A stretch of 64,000 nt of DNA, taken from Emiliania huxleyi CCMP1516. Lineage: Eukaryota. The notes beneath the pieces were generated by a model. That model saw only the letters and a list, made by a program, of their open reading frames with translations, made no database searches and was not told where the DNA came from. Positions 43,484-55,262 of the stretch are shown here, one piece after another; positions within the stretch are counted from its first letter, which is position 1; every line of letters starts with the position of its first letter. The DNA lies in contig NW_005201123.1 of NCBI RefSeq assembly GCF_000372725.1, positions 62,001 to 126,000 of the forward strand, given 5' to 3'. The translations under genes and the position numbers were made by a program.

Positions 43484-46453
43484 ATGGCGGAACGAGGCCT
43501 GAGCGAGAGGGACACGGCCACACTCCTCTCCTCCGAGATGGACTCGAGCTTTTCGGTTGCGGCACCGTCGCGCCGGCCCCTCAGCGCAATGATCCTCGCC
43601 GTGGGCATCATCGCCGCCGGAGGCGTCGCTGCCGCCTTCCGGCGCCAGGTCCCTGCGCGCGCCGTCGAGCCGGCCGATGAGAAGTTCGCGCCGGCCGAGG
43701 AGAAGTGGGCCGCGGGCCCGCTGCCGCGGCACTGGATCTTTGACGACCTCTCCGCAAGCGAGGTTCGCGCGGTGGCTGCATATGTCATCGCATCGCGGCC
43801 GGGCACGTCGGCTTCGTACTTTGGCGGCAAGCCGCTCAAGGGAGACTACATCACGGGCACGTCGGCCGTCGAGCTGGTCCAGCCGCCCAAGGCGGACGCG
43901 CTCGCGTACGTGAACGGCGAGACCGACACGCCGCCGAAGCGATTTGCGCGCGTCACCATCGCGCGCGGGCGCCGCCTCGCTCTCTCGGCCTTCGCGGGAC
44001 AGAGGACGGCGTCTCTTCACGGGCGTGTGGGCGTGAACAGGTCGCTCGCCTCGCCCGACGTGATGGAGTACAGGGTCGGCCCGATCCACGGCTGCGACGC
44101 CGGAGACTGCGACGAAGCGACAGTCGAGGCGGCCGTCATCGCTCCCGGAAGTTTCCTCGAGCTCCGACTTGAGGCTCCCGCCGCGCTCCTCTAGGCTGGC
44201 TCGCCGCTCGTTCCCCTTCTCGAGCCCGGCGCGGTCTCGTTCGAAAAGCGACCGGTCGACATGTCGGACAACTCTTGTTTCGTCGGCATCGGCGCCGTGC
44301 TGGCGCCGCTCGAGAAGCTGTTGGTCGAAAGTTTCGGGCGCGTCTTTGGACTCGCCACCTTCGGCCTCTCTGCGGACGCCTACTCTGGCGGGGCGGACGG
44401 CTCCGTCCTCCCATTCTCCTTCAACGACATCTCCGCCACCGCGGCGGCGCGCGTGTACAAGCTGCAGTTCTTCTGGATCCGCGAGCCGGAGAATACGCAG
44501 GCGATGTGGCTGCACGGGCTGCCCTTCACGCTGCGCTCCGCGACCGTCGGTGAGCATGTACCGCGCGAGATGCAATCTCGGGCCGTCTCGGCTGATCTCA
44601 GCTGATCTCGGGGCATCAGGCGCGAACGAGCCGAGCTTCTACGACTTTTTCTATTGCGGCCAAGGCCCGTACCCAACGCCGGCCTCGCTGCTCGACGCGA
44701 TCGCTGCTGGGAAGGCGCAGCGCTGCTCGTACAAGCCGCCCGCCTCGGACGGGCTCGCGGGCGGCTGGGACGTGCCCTCCTCGGAGGAGTCGGAAGACTA
44801 CAAGTTTCTAGTGCCAGAGAGTCCGAGCGGCCCCCTCTTCGAGGAGCCTCGCTTCGCGCTGCGCGGCGTCAAGGGCGGCAACGGCCTCCTCCTCATGCGG
44901 GGGCGGGCGGTCCTTCTGCGAGCCTTCCGTGAGCCTTCCAGGAGCCTTCCCATAGGGCGGCTGATCGAGTGGGGCGAGTGGTCCTTCTTCGCCACGATGC
45001 GACCCTCCACGGGCCTCGCCGCGATGGACCTCCGCTTCCGCGGCGAGCGCGTCGCGTACGAGCTCTCGCTCGCTGAGGCGGCCGCGCTGTACTCTGGCAC
45101 CGCAAACGACCAGGTCCGCGCCCCCGACCCACCGCCCTCGCCCCACCACCTCGAGTGTGTGGCGAAGCTTACCGGTTCGGTGCCGGTGCCGGTCCCTGTC
45201 CCTTGCCTCAGGTCTTCTACCTCGACTCGGCCTACTCGATGAGCCAGCTGGGCGGCGACCTCAAGCCCGGCCTCGACTGCCCCGTCGGCGCCGCCTTCCT
45301 CGACGGCACCCTCTGGAACTTGCCCGGCGGCGTCGGCGCGATCAACGCAAACGTCTCGCAGGCGAAGCCGTACAAGGCGTTTTGCGTCTTTGAGCAGCCG
45401 CTCGACGGGTCGCACTGGCGCCACCTTCAGCTCTTCGACAAGCGAGTCGACGGCGTGCCCGCCTCGCAGCTGGTGGTGCGCGCCGTCACCGCCGTTGGCA
45501 ACTACGACTACGTCACGCAGTTCAGCTTCGGCCCCGCCGGCGGGGTCCGCGTCGGCTTCGAGTTTGCCGGCTACATGGAGACACGTTGGTTCTCGCCCGA
45601 CACGACGCCGTTCGAGCGGCCGCTGGGCGAGGTGGTGCGTTCCAACCTGGCCGCGCCGCTGCACAGCCACTTTGGCTGCTTCAAGGTGGACCTTGACGCG
45701 TCGCCCGCGGGCGAGTCTTTTGAGCTCACCACAATCACTTCTGGTGTCAAGCAAGACAGTGGCGTGCCCAACCCGCACCGCTGGGCGACCAAGTACGTGG
45801 TGCGCGAGTACCCGTCGGTCGAGGGCGTCAACACCTCAACCTTCGCGCCGTCCGCCGCCAAGCCGACCGTGTGGGCGGTCGTCGACAACGCGCACGCCGC
45901 CGCCGCCACCGCGCCTAGCGGCAAGCCTGGCTACTCCATCTCGCTCGGCCCGACGGTGCTGCAGACGCTGCCCGCCGAGCACCCGTTCGTCAAGGCGACC
46001 GCCTTCTCAAAGTACCCGCTCGCGATCGCGCGCCGCAAGGAGGAGGAGCCGCGCCCGTCGAGCGTGTACGACTTGTTTGGGCCCGGCGAGCTCGCCACTC
46101 TCTCGACTCGTGTCATGTCCGGGACACGCCCTCGACATGTCGAGACCTGTTGTCCCATATAGGCGAGCCCGTCACATCCCTCGACTCTTTCCTCGACGGC
46201 GAGGGCATCGTGCAGAACGGGCCTCCCCGGAGCCTCCTCTCGGAACTTTCTCGGAACCGCACCCGTAGGCGAGGGCATCGTGCAGACGGACTTGGTGGCG
46301 TGGGTGACTCTTGGCAAGGAGCACTTGCCACGTACCGAGGACCTCCCCCTCATCTCCAATTTTGGGACCCACTTCGACTTGTTGCCGCACAACCGTTTCC
46401 CAGTCAACGCCGCCCTCTCGCGGCCGAAGCGGCAGCCGGCCGAGCGCAACTGA
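43484..46453 (+). CDS. Copper-containing amine oxidase (TPQ) with N-terminal membrane anchor, ~8 exons
   Basis: IFDDLSASEV, FYLDSAY (catalytic Asp), AVGNYDY (TPQ consensus), LHSHF (Cu ligands), DLVAWVTLGKEHLPRTEDLP; stop 46451-46453. Confidence 0.95.
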
Positions 46454-46814
46454 GCGCGCAGTCGGCAGGGGGGCGAGCCCTCCAGGGCCAGACCCCGCCG
46501 CCTTCCTTCTATATGCATCGTACACTTGCGTGTACAGTTCTGAGAGTTATTGCCAGTGTCCTGCAAGGGCCGGGTGTGGTGTCTGTGGAGTTGCTGTCTG
46601 CCGTGCCGGTCGCAGAGAGCCAAGGGAGAGGAAAGCGACCGATTGAGGTGTGTAGCCGGAAGTGACAAAAGTGTGTGTCCAGTGCGCAGTGTACTTTCAC
46701 ACCCACCCACCACACACACATACACACACTCACACACACACACACACCCTTGCCCCACCACCACGTGAGACGTGTGTGTGGAGAAGTTTACCTTACCTTG
46801 TACCTTACCTTACA

Positions 46815-46815
46815 C

Positions 46816-46876
<61 letters not shown>
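46815..46876. repeat. (CA)n microsatellite within a dispersed repeat
   Basis: Direct; flanks shared with 60060-60195. Confidence 0.95.
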
Positions 46877-46878
<2 letters not shown>

Positions 46879-47073
46879 CACACGCACACATCGCTCAGCA
46901 CCCACGTCCCACCCACCCCGCGCACTGGGCCTTGCACTTTTAATGCCGTGGGGCTCCTGTCGTCCAGACGTGGGGACGCGGGGGACGCTCCCCCGCTGCC
47001 ACTCGTGCGTTCAACGACCGTTTCTCTCATCGTGGCGGGCACCGCCTGCCCCGCACCGCAACGCACACGACGC

Positions 47074-50000
47074 ATGAAGAAATTGCGGGACGACGACGAC
47101 TGGCCGAGCACCCCGCCAACCCTCAGAGTTCAGGCGCACCGCATGTTTGAGCTGGGCCGCTCGGCAGAGATCGGCTCGCCACGTGCCGCTGGCGTCGACA
47201 GCCGGCGGCTGTCGCAGACGCACGAGTACTTTGAGGTGAGGGGACGCCCCTTTGTGGCGCCTCCTTATCAGTGCGCCGCGTCGAGCAGCCGCCCCTTCAT
47301 CGTGGGCTCACGGAGGCACACGCCCAGCCGCCGAACAGCCAGCGCGTACGCTGATCAGATTTGCGCGGCGCGCTTCCGGCACAAGATGCTCGCGTCAGCT
47401 CTCGCCTCGCACAGGCTAATGTCCTCAGTCTCGAGCGGCTCCGTAAGCAATGGCTCCAGCCCGCGCTACGCCCGCACGGGAGGCGGCGGCCTCGTACTGC
47501 AGGCAACGCTCCGCGAGCAGGAGGAGCGACTCCGCGCCGCAGCCCGAGAGATTGTTATGGCCGACTTGCTCGGGGCCTTTCGCTCCTGGGCCGCCCAAGC
47601 TTCCCTGCGCCGCCTGCTCCGCTTGCACGGTGCGCAGCGCTCCGCTCGCTCGCCGACTCGCCGCGGTAGACTGCGGGCCAGCTTCCGTCGGTGGCGGGCG
47701 AAGTGCCATCGGGCCAGGGCTCCTTTGCTGCTGTGGCTCCTCTGCAGGCGCTGGCGCGCCGAAGCTGGCCGCCGGGCAACCCTCAGCCGGGCCCTTCCGC
47801 TCGCCACCGCGGCGCAGAAGCGGCGCGGATTTGCGACGTGGGTGCAAGCGTGGAGATACCGCCTCACCGAGGAGCGCCAGGCGTCGCTGGGCGTCCGGTG
47901 CGGGGAACGCCGCCGCCTGCTGCTCGCATTAGCCTTGTGGCGGGCTGCGAGCATGGCGCACGAGAGATCGCTCGAGCGGTCTGTCCTCGCGAGCTTCAAG
48001 TGGGGTGCCTCTTGCCGGGCACTCGCCCTCCGGCAGTGGGTGGAGGTAGCCCGCACTTGCCGCACCGTCCTCGCAAGCGGCACCGCGCTGGCACGCCAGC
48101 ACAGCCAGTGTCGCGCTTGGCGCAAGTGGTTGCGCTGCATTGCGAGCGACGAGGCGGCGCACCGTCTCCTCGCGATCGCCGCATCCTCCCAGTCGAGTCG
48201 CGCGCTGAGGCAGAGCGTCCGCCGCTGGGGCGCGTTCCTCATTCGTGCGAGTCAGCTCGCCGAGGCGCTAAACTCGTGGCGTTCCTGGAGGGACCGAGCG
48301 CGAGCGTTGCGGAGCTGCGTACCGCAACACACCTGCAACGTGCTCTGGCACAGCTCTCTCACTCGGGACCAGCTGCGTTCCCTCCGCCGCGGCCTCTCCA
48401 AGTGGGCCGTTGTGAGCGCCGCACGGCATGGCTGTGCGACAGGCCTCTTCTGGCTTGGCGCTCGCCGTCTGCGCCGAGGCTTCAATAGCATTCAGGCGAC
48501 GCGGCGCGAGGCGTTTGACAATAATTGTGCACGGGCCAAGGCACGCGCTTGGCGAAGATGGTCATGCGGCATCAGACGCTCGCAAGCACGTGCCTCTCTT
48601 TGCCGCGTGGCTCTTGGCTACGCTAGCGTGCGGGTCCGCCGTGGTGCGTTCTCTTCGTGGCACCGCATGCTATGCCGCAGCGCTGCGGTGGAGGGGCTTG
48701 AGCAGATCGGCCTCGCTCGCCATGCAAAAACCCGGCTGCACCGCGCAATGGCCCATTGGAGGTGGTGGCGGGAGCGGGAACAGGACGTTGCTCTTGTTGG
48801 CCTCAGCCGGCGCCGGCGAGAGCTGAGGGGCAGCCTTTTGGCATGGTGGCACAGGGCCGCGGCTAGCAGCAAGTTGAGCTCCGTCTCGAGTCGCAACCTC
48901 GACGCCTGCATGGGAAGGCGGCTCGACCTCGCTTTCAGGTGCTGGAAGGCGGAGGGCAGGCTTGCTCGCACTGCGCAAAGGCACGCACGCCGCGAGTTGT
49001 CACCACTCAAACTTGCCAGGAGAGTGAGTGCTCTAACTGCGGAGGAGGAGGAGGAAGAGGCGCGCGAGCAGCGTGGTCACAGCCATCACGAAAGAAGCAT
49101 CGCTGGCATCGCGGTTCTGCAATGGAAGCTTGAGGCAGCCAAGCGTGGCCAAAGGCAGCAAGGCATGCGGTGTGGCGTTGCCTCATGGAGCAGACGGTGG
49201 CGATGGCATGCGCTTGAGAGGTGGATGATGTTCGTGTACCGACAGCGACGCAAGCGAGGGTTGGCCGCGTCAGCAGCGCAGAGCTTGCTGCACCGGTGCT
49301 TGCGCCGAGCGATGGCCACGCTGCGCGAGGCGCACGCGGAGGCGGCGGAGGCGCGGCGGCTGCGTGGCGTCGCTGCGGCGGCGGCAGCGCGGATGATCGG
49401 GCACCGCATGGGTCGCGCTGTGGCGTCGCTCAAGGCGGCACGTGTCGAGGCGCACCGCAGGCGCGCAGTCGCCGCATCGGCGGTAGTGCAGATGCTCCAC
49501 CGCGGGCTCGGCAAGGCGTTGCGCGCTCTCCGCGACTCGGGCATCGAGCGGGGACGCAAGCTCGCGCTAGCAGAGTCTGCAGCATCGCACCTGCTCTACC
49601 GCCAGCTGAGCCGGGCCTTGTGCGCTTGGCGAGCGGCGGTGAACGACCACGAGTCGCGGGTCGAGCGATTCGCGGCGAGGCTGGCGATGGGGCGGGGGCT
49701 CTACGCGTTTGCCGAGGCAGCTCGTGCGAGTGGGAGGGTGCGTCGCGCGCTCTCGCGGATGCGGCAGCGCTCTCTGTGCGGGGCCTTGCTCTCGCTGCAG
49801 GAGAGCGCGTCGGAGGCGCGTCGCAAGCGCGGCGTCGCCTCGGCGGCGGTGGCTCGCTTGGTGTGCCGCAGCCAGGCCACCGCCTTCTCGACGCTGAAGG
49901 CGCATCTCGGCGAGACGCGACGCAAGCGAGGGTTGGCCGCGTCAGCAGCGCAGAGCTTGCTGCACCGCTGCTTGCGCCGAGCGATGGCCACGCTGCGCGA

Positions 50001-51168
50001 GGCGCACGCGGAGGCGGCGGAGGCGCGGCGGCTGCGTGGCGTCGCTGCGGCGGCGGCAGCGCGGATGATCGGGCACCGCATGGGTCGCGCTGTGGCGTCG
50101 CTCAAGGCGGCACGTGTCGAGGCGCACCGCAGACGAATGATATCCACTTCCGCCACCTCGTTTTCGCTCCACCGCGGTCTTGCCTTTGGCCTCTGCCACC
50201 TCAAGGAGAACCGCTTGGCCGCCAGGCGTGCTTGCGCTGCGGCACATGCCGCGAGCGCCCGGATCGCTCGCCCGCGCTTATCCAACGCGCTTCGGCTATG
50301 GCGTGGCCAAGTGCGTGGGCACCAGCGACGCCTCATTGTTGCTCGCGTCGCAGCCTTGAAACGCCGGCGCGGAGATTTGCGCAACGCGCTGTACCGCTGG
50401 CAGCTTGCAGGAGCACGCCACTTACTTCTTGGCGCCGCACTGGAAAAGGCAGACGTGCGTCGCCGGCATTCGGAGCTGGTGCGAGGCTTTCTCGCAATCT
50501 TTACTTGCGCCCCTGGCCCACCCCGGATGCACCGCTTGTCGGCCACCGCCCAGCGCTGGCTTGATGAAGTGCGGCAGGCTGTCAAGGACCCAGCAACGCG
50601 CCCGGCCAAGGAGCATCTGTCCCAGGCTTTGGATTCCCGCCTCGACTACCTCTACTCCCTGAGCCGTTCGTCACTGCGCGAGCGGTCACCCAGCACGCCA
50701 AGGCGACGGGGCCACAAGGGCGAGGCGGCGCGCAGCGGCCGCTCCTCGTGCAGCAAACATCGGCCGCAGCTCGCACCACACCGCGTGCCTCCTCTGACGG
50801 TGGGCGCCCTCCTCGACGAGATGCAGCGGTTTCTAGACGTGCGCAAGTGGACCGTCAAGGAGCTGTTCCGCAACCGTTCGGTCAACCTGTCGAACCGGGC
50901 GGCAGGCGACTTCGCCCTCTCCGCGGCCGAGCTATGTGCCTTCCTCTCCTCGCCCGAAGTCGGCCTCCGACTCTCGCCGAGCGACGCGAGGGCGCTCATT
51001 GCCGATATCGACACGAGCGGCAACGGCGAGTTGGAGGCGTCAGAGCTCGACAAGGCTCTCCGCGCCCGCAAGGCGCAGCGAAACCGCGAGGAGGGGGGCG
51101 GGTCGGCCCTCCCGGAGAGGCACTACGACTACTTCCGCGGCGCGGTGTGGCTTCAACCCATGCTATGA
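47074..51168 (+). CDS. Sfi1-like Trp/Arg-rich repeat protein with C-terminal EF-hand, intronless
   Basis: Recurring [AF]xxW motifs (GAFRSW, RGFATW, RGLSKW, GAFSSW); EF-hand DTSGNGELEASE; 216-bp internal duplication 49245-49460 / 49917-50132. Confidence 0.7.
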   Translation: MKKLRDDDDWPSTPPTLRVQAHRMFELGRSAEIGSPRAAGVDSRRLSQTHEYFEVRGRPFVAPPYQCAASSSRPFIVGSRRHTPSRRTASAYADQICAARFRHKMLASALASHRLMSSVSSGSVSNGSSPRYARTGGGGLVLQATLREQEERLRAAAREIVMADLLGAFRSWAAQASLRRLLRLHGAQRSARSPTRRGRLRASFRRWRAKCHRARAPLLLWLLCRRWRAEAGRRATLSRALPLATAAQKRRGFATWVQAWRYRLTEERQASLGVRCGERRRLLLALALWRAASMAHERSLERSVLASFKWGASCRALALRQWVEVARTCRTVLASGTALARQHSQCRAWRKWLRCIASDEAAHRLLAIAASSQSSRALRQSVRRWGAFLIRASQLAEALNSWRSWRDRARALRSCVPQHTCNVLWHSSLTRDQLRSLRRGLSKWAVVSAARHGCATGLFWLGARRLRRGFNSIQATRREAFDNNCARAKARAWRRWSCGIRRSQARASLCRVALGYASVRVRRGAFSSWHRMLCRSAAVEGLEQIGLARHAKTRLHRAMAHWRWWREREQDVALVGLSRRRRELRGSLLAWWHRAAASSKLSSVSSRNLDACMGRRLDLAFRCWKAEGRLARTAQRHARRELSPLKLARRVSALTAEEEEEEAREQRGHSHHERSIAGIAVLQWKLEAAKRGQRQQGMRCGVASWSRRWRWHALERWMMFVYRQRRKRGLAASAAQSLLHRCLRRAMATLREAHAEAAEARRLRGVAAAAAARMIGHRMGRAVASLKAARVEAHRRRAVAASAVVQMLHRGLGKALRALRDSGIERGRKLALAESAASHLLYRQLSRALCAWRAAVNDHESRVERFAARLAMGRGLYAFAEAARASGRVRRALSRMRQRSLCGALLSLQESASEARRKRGVASAAVARLVCRSQATAFSTLKAHLGETRRKRGLAASAAQSLLHRCLRRAMATLREAHAEAAEARRLRGVAAAAAARMIGHRMGRAVASLKAARVEAHRRRMISTSATSFSLHRGLAFGLCHLKENRLAARRACAAAHAASARIARPRLSNALRLWRGQVRGHQRRLIVARVAALKRRRGDLRNALYRWQLAGARHLLLGAALEKADVRRRHSELVRGFLAIFTCAPGPPRMHRLSATAQRWLDEVRQAVKDPATRPAKEHLSQALDSRLDYLYSLSRSSLRERSPSTPRRRGHKGEAARSGRSSCSKHRPQLAPHRVPPLTVGALLDEMQRFLDVRKWTVKELFRNRSVNLSNRAAGDFALSAAELCAFLSSPEVGLRLSPSDARALIADIDTSGNGELEASELDKALRARKAQRNREEGGGSALPERHYDYFRGAVWLQPML

Positions 51169-51311
51169 GGGAGCGAACAAGTCTATATAATTAAGTATAT
51201 ATCAAATGTGAGAGAGTGAAAAATAGTGAAGCGGCGCAGGACGCAGCTTTCCAGCGCTAGAGCCGTATACGTGAGCTACACAGCGCGCCAAATCGCAGAA
51301 ACGCGCTCTCC

Positions 51312-53345
51312 CTAACCCTCTCCCAACTTGAGGTACACCTGCCGCAACCGCTGCAGCGCTTCGGCAAGCCCTATCCGCCGTGGCCCGTCCCCGCCGCCGA
51401 GCAAGACGTGAACGACTGCAGCGGGCACCTCCGCCTCCCACACCGCCGCCAACTGACGCAACGCCGCGCGACCATCCGCAATTCGCACTGCAGGCAGCTC
51501 GGCGGCATCAATTCCGTCGCCCGCCGCCGCGCCCTCCGACGCACGCTCCGTCCCCTCCTCCTCGCTCAACATGGAGAGCGCCTCGTCGACGCATGCCACG
51601 CAACCGCGCGCGCACAGAGCCCCCTCCCCCACCTCCTCCGCCGCCCGCGCCAGCGCCGCGCCGCGCGCTCCGCCGCGCCGCAACACGCGCCGCACGTGCG
51701 CGCTTGCCGCCGCCAAATCGCGTGCCGCGAGAGCCGCGAGACACGCGTCCTCTCCGCCGCCCTCTCCGCCGCCGACCCCACACTCCGCGCCCTGCCTTGG
51801 CCCGGATCTCGGCGGCGAAGCGCCCGGCGGCGGTGGCGAAGGCGGGCGGCGGAAGAGCTGCGCCGCGGCGGCGCACCGGCTGCAGAGGAGGGCGCCTATG
51901 GGCCATGTCGCAGACACGTCGCGGACATGTCGCGGACATGTCGTCGACCCGCCAGCGGCTGTGGATCGCGCCGTGAGAGTCGCGTGCCGCGCCAAGGGAA
52001 AGGTCCGCGAAAAGCGCGCACGCGCTGCAGCGCAGTGCCTCCCCGCCGCCCTGGAGCAAGCGGGTCGCACAGCAGATCAGACGCGAGAGAACAGCGCGAG
52101 GCGGCGGGAGCCGGGTGGTGCGACGATGGGGCGGGCCACGACAGTGACGTGTGCTGTGCGGCAGCGCCGCCCGCCCCAACCCCGGCCGCGTGCCCCGTGT
52201 GCATCGCGCTCCCGTAAGGGTGACGTGGGCGCGTCCTTCTTCCAGTCCCTGGAGTGTCTCGGAAGGGTCATCGCATTGCAGGCCGCCTGGAGCGTCCCCG
52301 TCGGAAGTGTCTCGGAAGTGTCTCTGGACGTGTCCGACGCGCCTCGGTCGGCGCGGCGCTGCGGCCCGGCTCGATGAAGCGACGAAACGCGGGCGCCACC
52401 TGGGCGAGATGTGGGGGAGGGGGTGAGCCTCCACGCCCTGGTTGGCGACCGCGGTCGTGGCTGCGGACGCGCTGTGCGCGGCGGCAGTGGAGGTGGCGGT
52501 GTGCGGCAGCGGGCTGGAGCCGGCCCCTTGAGCCGTCGGGTGAGCGGTGCTGCGTGTGCGGTGCGAGCGGGGCAGGTGCGCGCGACCTGAGCGGAGGGAG
52601 AGGAGGAGGCCGCGGCGAGCGACCAGAGCGGACGGCGCGGTGGCGAACGCTGCGGAGAGCGAGCTGGCGGCTGCGGCTGCGGCGATGGCGGCCGCGGCGC
52701 TGGCTGCGGCGCTGGCTGCGGCGCTGGCTGCGGCGCTGGCTGCGGCGCTGGCTGCGGCGGTGGCGGCGGCGGCGGCGGCCGCTGAAGCGGCGTGCGTTGC
52801 GGCGGCTGCTGTGGAGGTGGCGGGTGCGGCGGGTGCGGCGGCGGCGACTGCGGCGGCGACTGCGGCGGCGCTGTGGGCGGCGGCAGCTCCGGTGGCGGCA
52901 GCGCCGGTGGCGGAGCGACCGCCATGTCTGCCTGCAGAGAGGCCAGGATGCATTCGCACTCGGCGGTGTGGGTGGCCCGCTCGGCTGGGCTCATTCCCGT
53001 CAGGTCCTCGCCGCAGAGGAGGCAGCGGTCGGCGGCGCTGCCGGGCGAGCAGCCCGGCTCGGTCGCATCTGGGGAGTGGAGGAGCGCTGGGCCAGCAGCG
53101 GCCTCGGGCGTGGAGCAGGCCGCAGCGGGCGAGCGGGCGCCGTCGGCGGAGCCCGTCGGCTGTGCGTCCGGCTCGGCGGCCGCAGGTGGCTCCGCAGTGG
53201 CGGCTGCCCCGGCGTTGACGGCAGACTCAGCCTCGGTGGCGGCCGATTCGGCCGGATGCGGCCGCGGGAGAGAGGGAGCACCGCCGACTTTGGCGCTCGA
53301 CCGCGAGAGCCGGAGCCGTTTGCGACCTGGCCGGCTCGGAAGCAT
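51312..53345 (-). CDS. Hypothetical protein with UBZ-type zinc finger and Pro-rich linker, multi-exon
   Basis: NLS-like RKRLRL; CLLCGEDLTGMSPAERATHTAEC (C2HC); helical C-terminal exon ending at 51312. Confidence 0.5.
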
Positions 53346-53699
53346 GGTTGCGTCGCCGTTCCGCTTCTTTCTTCTTTTCGCCGCTGTTTTTACACAGGTT
53401 CACCGCGGGCCCCCACCGACGAAGGGCGCTTGGGTCTAAATTTAGTGCGGTCTGAAGTCTTTATCTACTGCATCTTTAGTGCACTTTAGCGCGAATTTAG
53501 CGCAACTTTAGCGCGAGTTCACTGCGACTTTACATACATCCAGATTTAGCGAGGTTTAGTGCGTCTTTAGTCCAGCCGCGCAGTAGGATCCAGCCGCAGC
53601 CCCTCGCTGGGCCTCCCTCCCGTTAGGCTGAACAAGCTTTTCCTCTCGCACCCCGTCTCTTTTCCTTTCCTTTTTTCTCTACAGCACCCTCTCTTTTGG

Positions 53700-54520
53700 A
53701 TTTCAGATTACCCGGTTTTTGAGATTCGCCTCGCAGATTACCCGACGAACGAGATTTTCCTGCTTAGCGCGATTTCCGTCAAACCAGTTTACCCAGTCTC
53801 CCACAATTCGTGTTTCAGCTTACCCGGTCGCTAAAATTTGTCATGTCAGATTACCCGGTCGGCCAAATTTCTCGTCCAGATTACCCGGCAACGATATTTT
53901 CCTGCTCAGCAGCAATTTCATCAAAAAACTGAGAACCAGTTTACCCAGTTTCCCACAATTCACGTTTCAGCTTCCCCGGCCGCTAACTTTTCTCATGTCA
54001 GATTACCCGGTCGGCCAAATTTCTCGTCCAGATTACCCGGCGGCTAACTTTTCTCTTTGAGATTACCCGGGCGCGCAAATTTCTCGTTTCAGCTTACCCG
54101 GACGCGAGCGTGCACCTCGTCCAGAGAGCGAGCACCTGCGGCACTTGGTCCTAAGGGGTCCCGTACCATGCGGAATCGACCCTACCTATCCGGTGCTCAA
54201 GTGCTCAAGGAGAGCTCCCACTCGGAATCCCCGGCCTCGTTTGCTTGAATGACGCAGTCGTGAATCCCAAACGGTTTCAGATTACCCGGCGCATCCCACT
54301 ACCGGGTGATCTGGAAAAAGAAATTTCACCTTCCGTGTAACCTGGAAACGACATTTCGCCGTGTTGGGTAATCTGGAAACGACATTTTGCCGCACCGGGT
54401 GATCTGAAACCGCTCACGCCGGGTGATCTGGAAAACGCCGGGTGATCTGCGAGGCGAAGCTCAAAACCGGGTGATCTGGAAAAAGAAATTTCGTGACCCG
54501 GGTAACCTGGAAACGACATT
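53700..54520. mobile_element. Foldback-like element: arrays of CAGATTACCCGG facing arrays of CCGGGTRATCTG
   Basis: About ten copies of the motif at 53700-54290 and its reverse complement repeated at 54302-54510; AT-richer than flanks. Confidence 0.6.
54108..54208 (+). mobile_element. 3' end of the same SINE/LINE family (stem-loop + GTGCTCAA tail)
   Basis: GGGGTCCCGTACCATGCGGAATCGACCC...GTGCTCAAGTGCTCAA. Confidence 0.75.
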
Positions 54521-54944
54521 TCGCCGTGTTCGCCGAATTCCCATGAAAACAAGTAAAAAATCGCGCGAAAAAGAAAAAATGCCAAAAAATCGGTCTGGAT
54601 CCGTCATCCTTTGGTTCAACATTGGTTTTCAAATTCCAAGACCGACCCTCACCTCTACTCTATTACAGCTGGTGGTCACGGTCACAGCATGGGTTGTGCG
54701 GTCGGAGGTGGTGCTTGCGGTGGCGCATTCAACTGTGCTGGTCCTCCTCTCGGGAATCGGATCTGATTTTTAGCAATACCAAACAACTCTAACACTCACT
54801 CGACATTTGGGGCCTGGAGCCCTGTTCACGCGCGCGCGAGACGTGCAGACAGGGTTGCCAGGTGAGAGCGAATGGCGCGGTTCACGCCTCGCACAACAGA
54901 GAGAGAGATGCGCTCTGCATGGTGGGACATAAAAGAAAGCGAGT

Positions 54945-55262
54945 ACTTTGCGCGCGAGGCGGCGCAGCTTGAGAACGGCGGTGGGCGAGCCGCCGCCGAA
55001 CGTCTCGTGGAGCAGCAGGTTGAAGTTGTTGCGCTTGACAAAGATCGCGTCGTGGTAGAAACCGCGATGCGCCTTGACGTAGCCGTGGCCGTTCTTGTGG
55101 TCGAAGGGTTGGCCGGGCTGCCCGCGCGCCTTGCAGCCCATGTTTAGGCGGCGGGCCTTCTCCTCGGTGTTGCCGAAGGCGTAGGAGTGGCCAACGGAGG
55201 CGGGCGTGCCGCCGCTCGAGGCGTTGCCAACGCCCGCCGAGGAGGTCTTGAGGAGGGGCGTC
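54945..55262 (-). pseudogene. Fragment of the restriction-like endonuclease C-terminus of a CRE/NeSL-type non-LTR retrotransposon
   Basis: AFGNTEE..GCKARG..GHGYVKAHRGFYHDA..NLLLHETFGGGSPTAVLKLRRLA (ETxGG motif). Confidence 0.65.
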
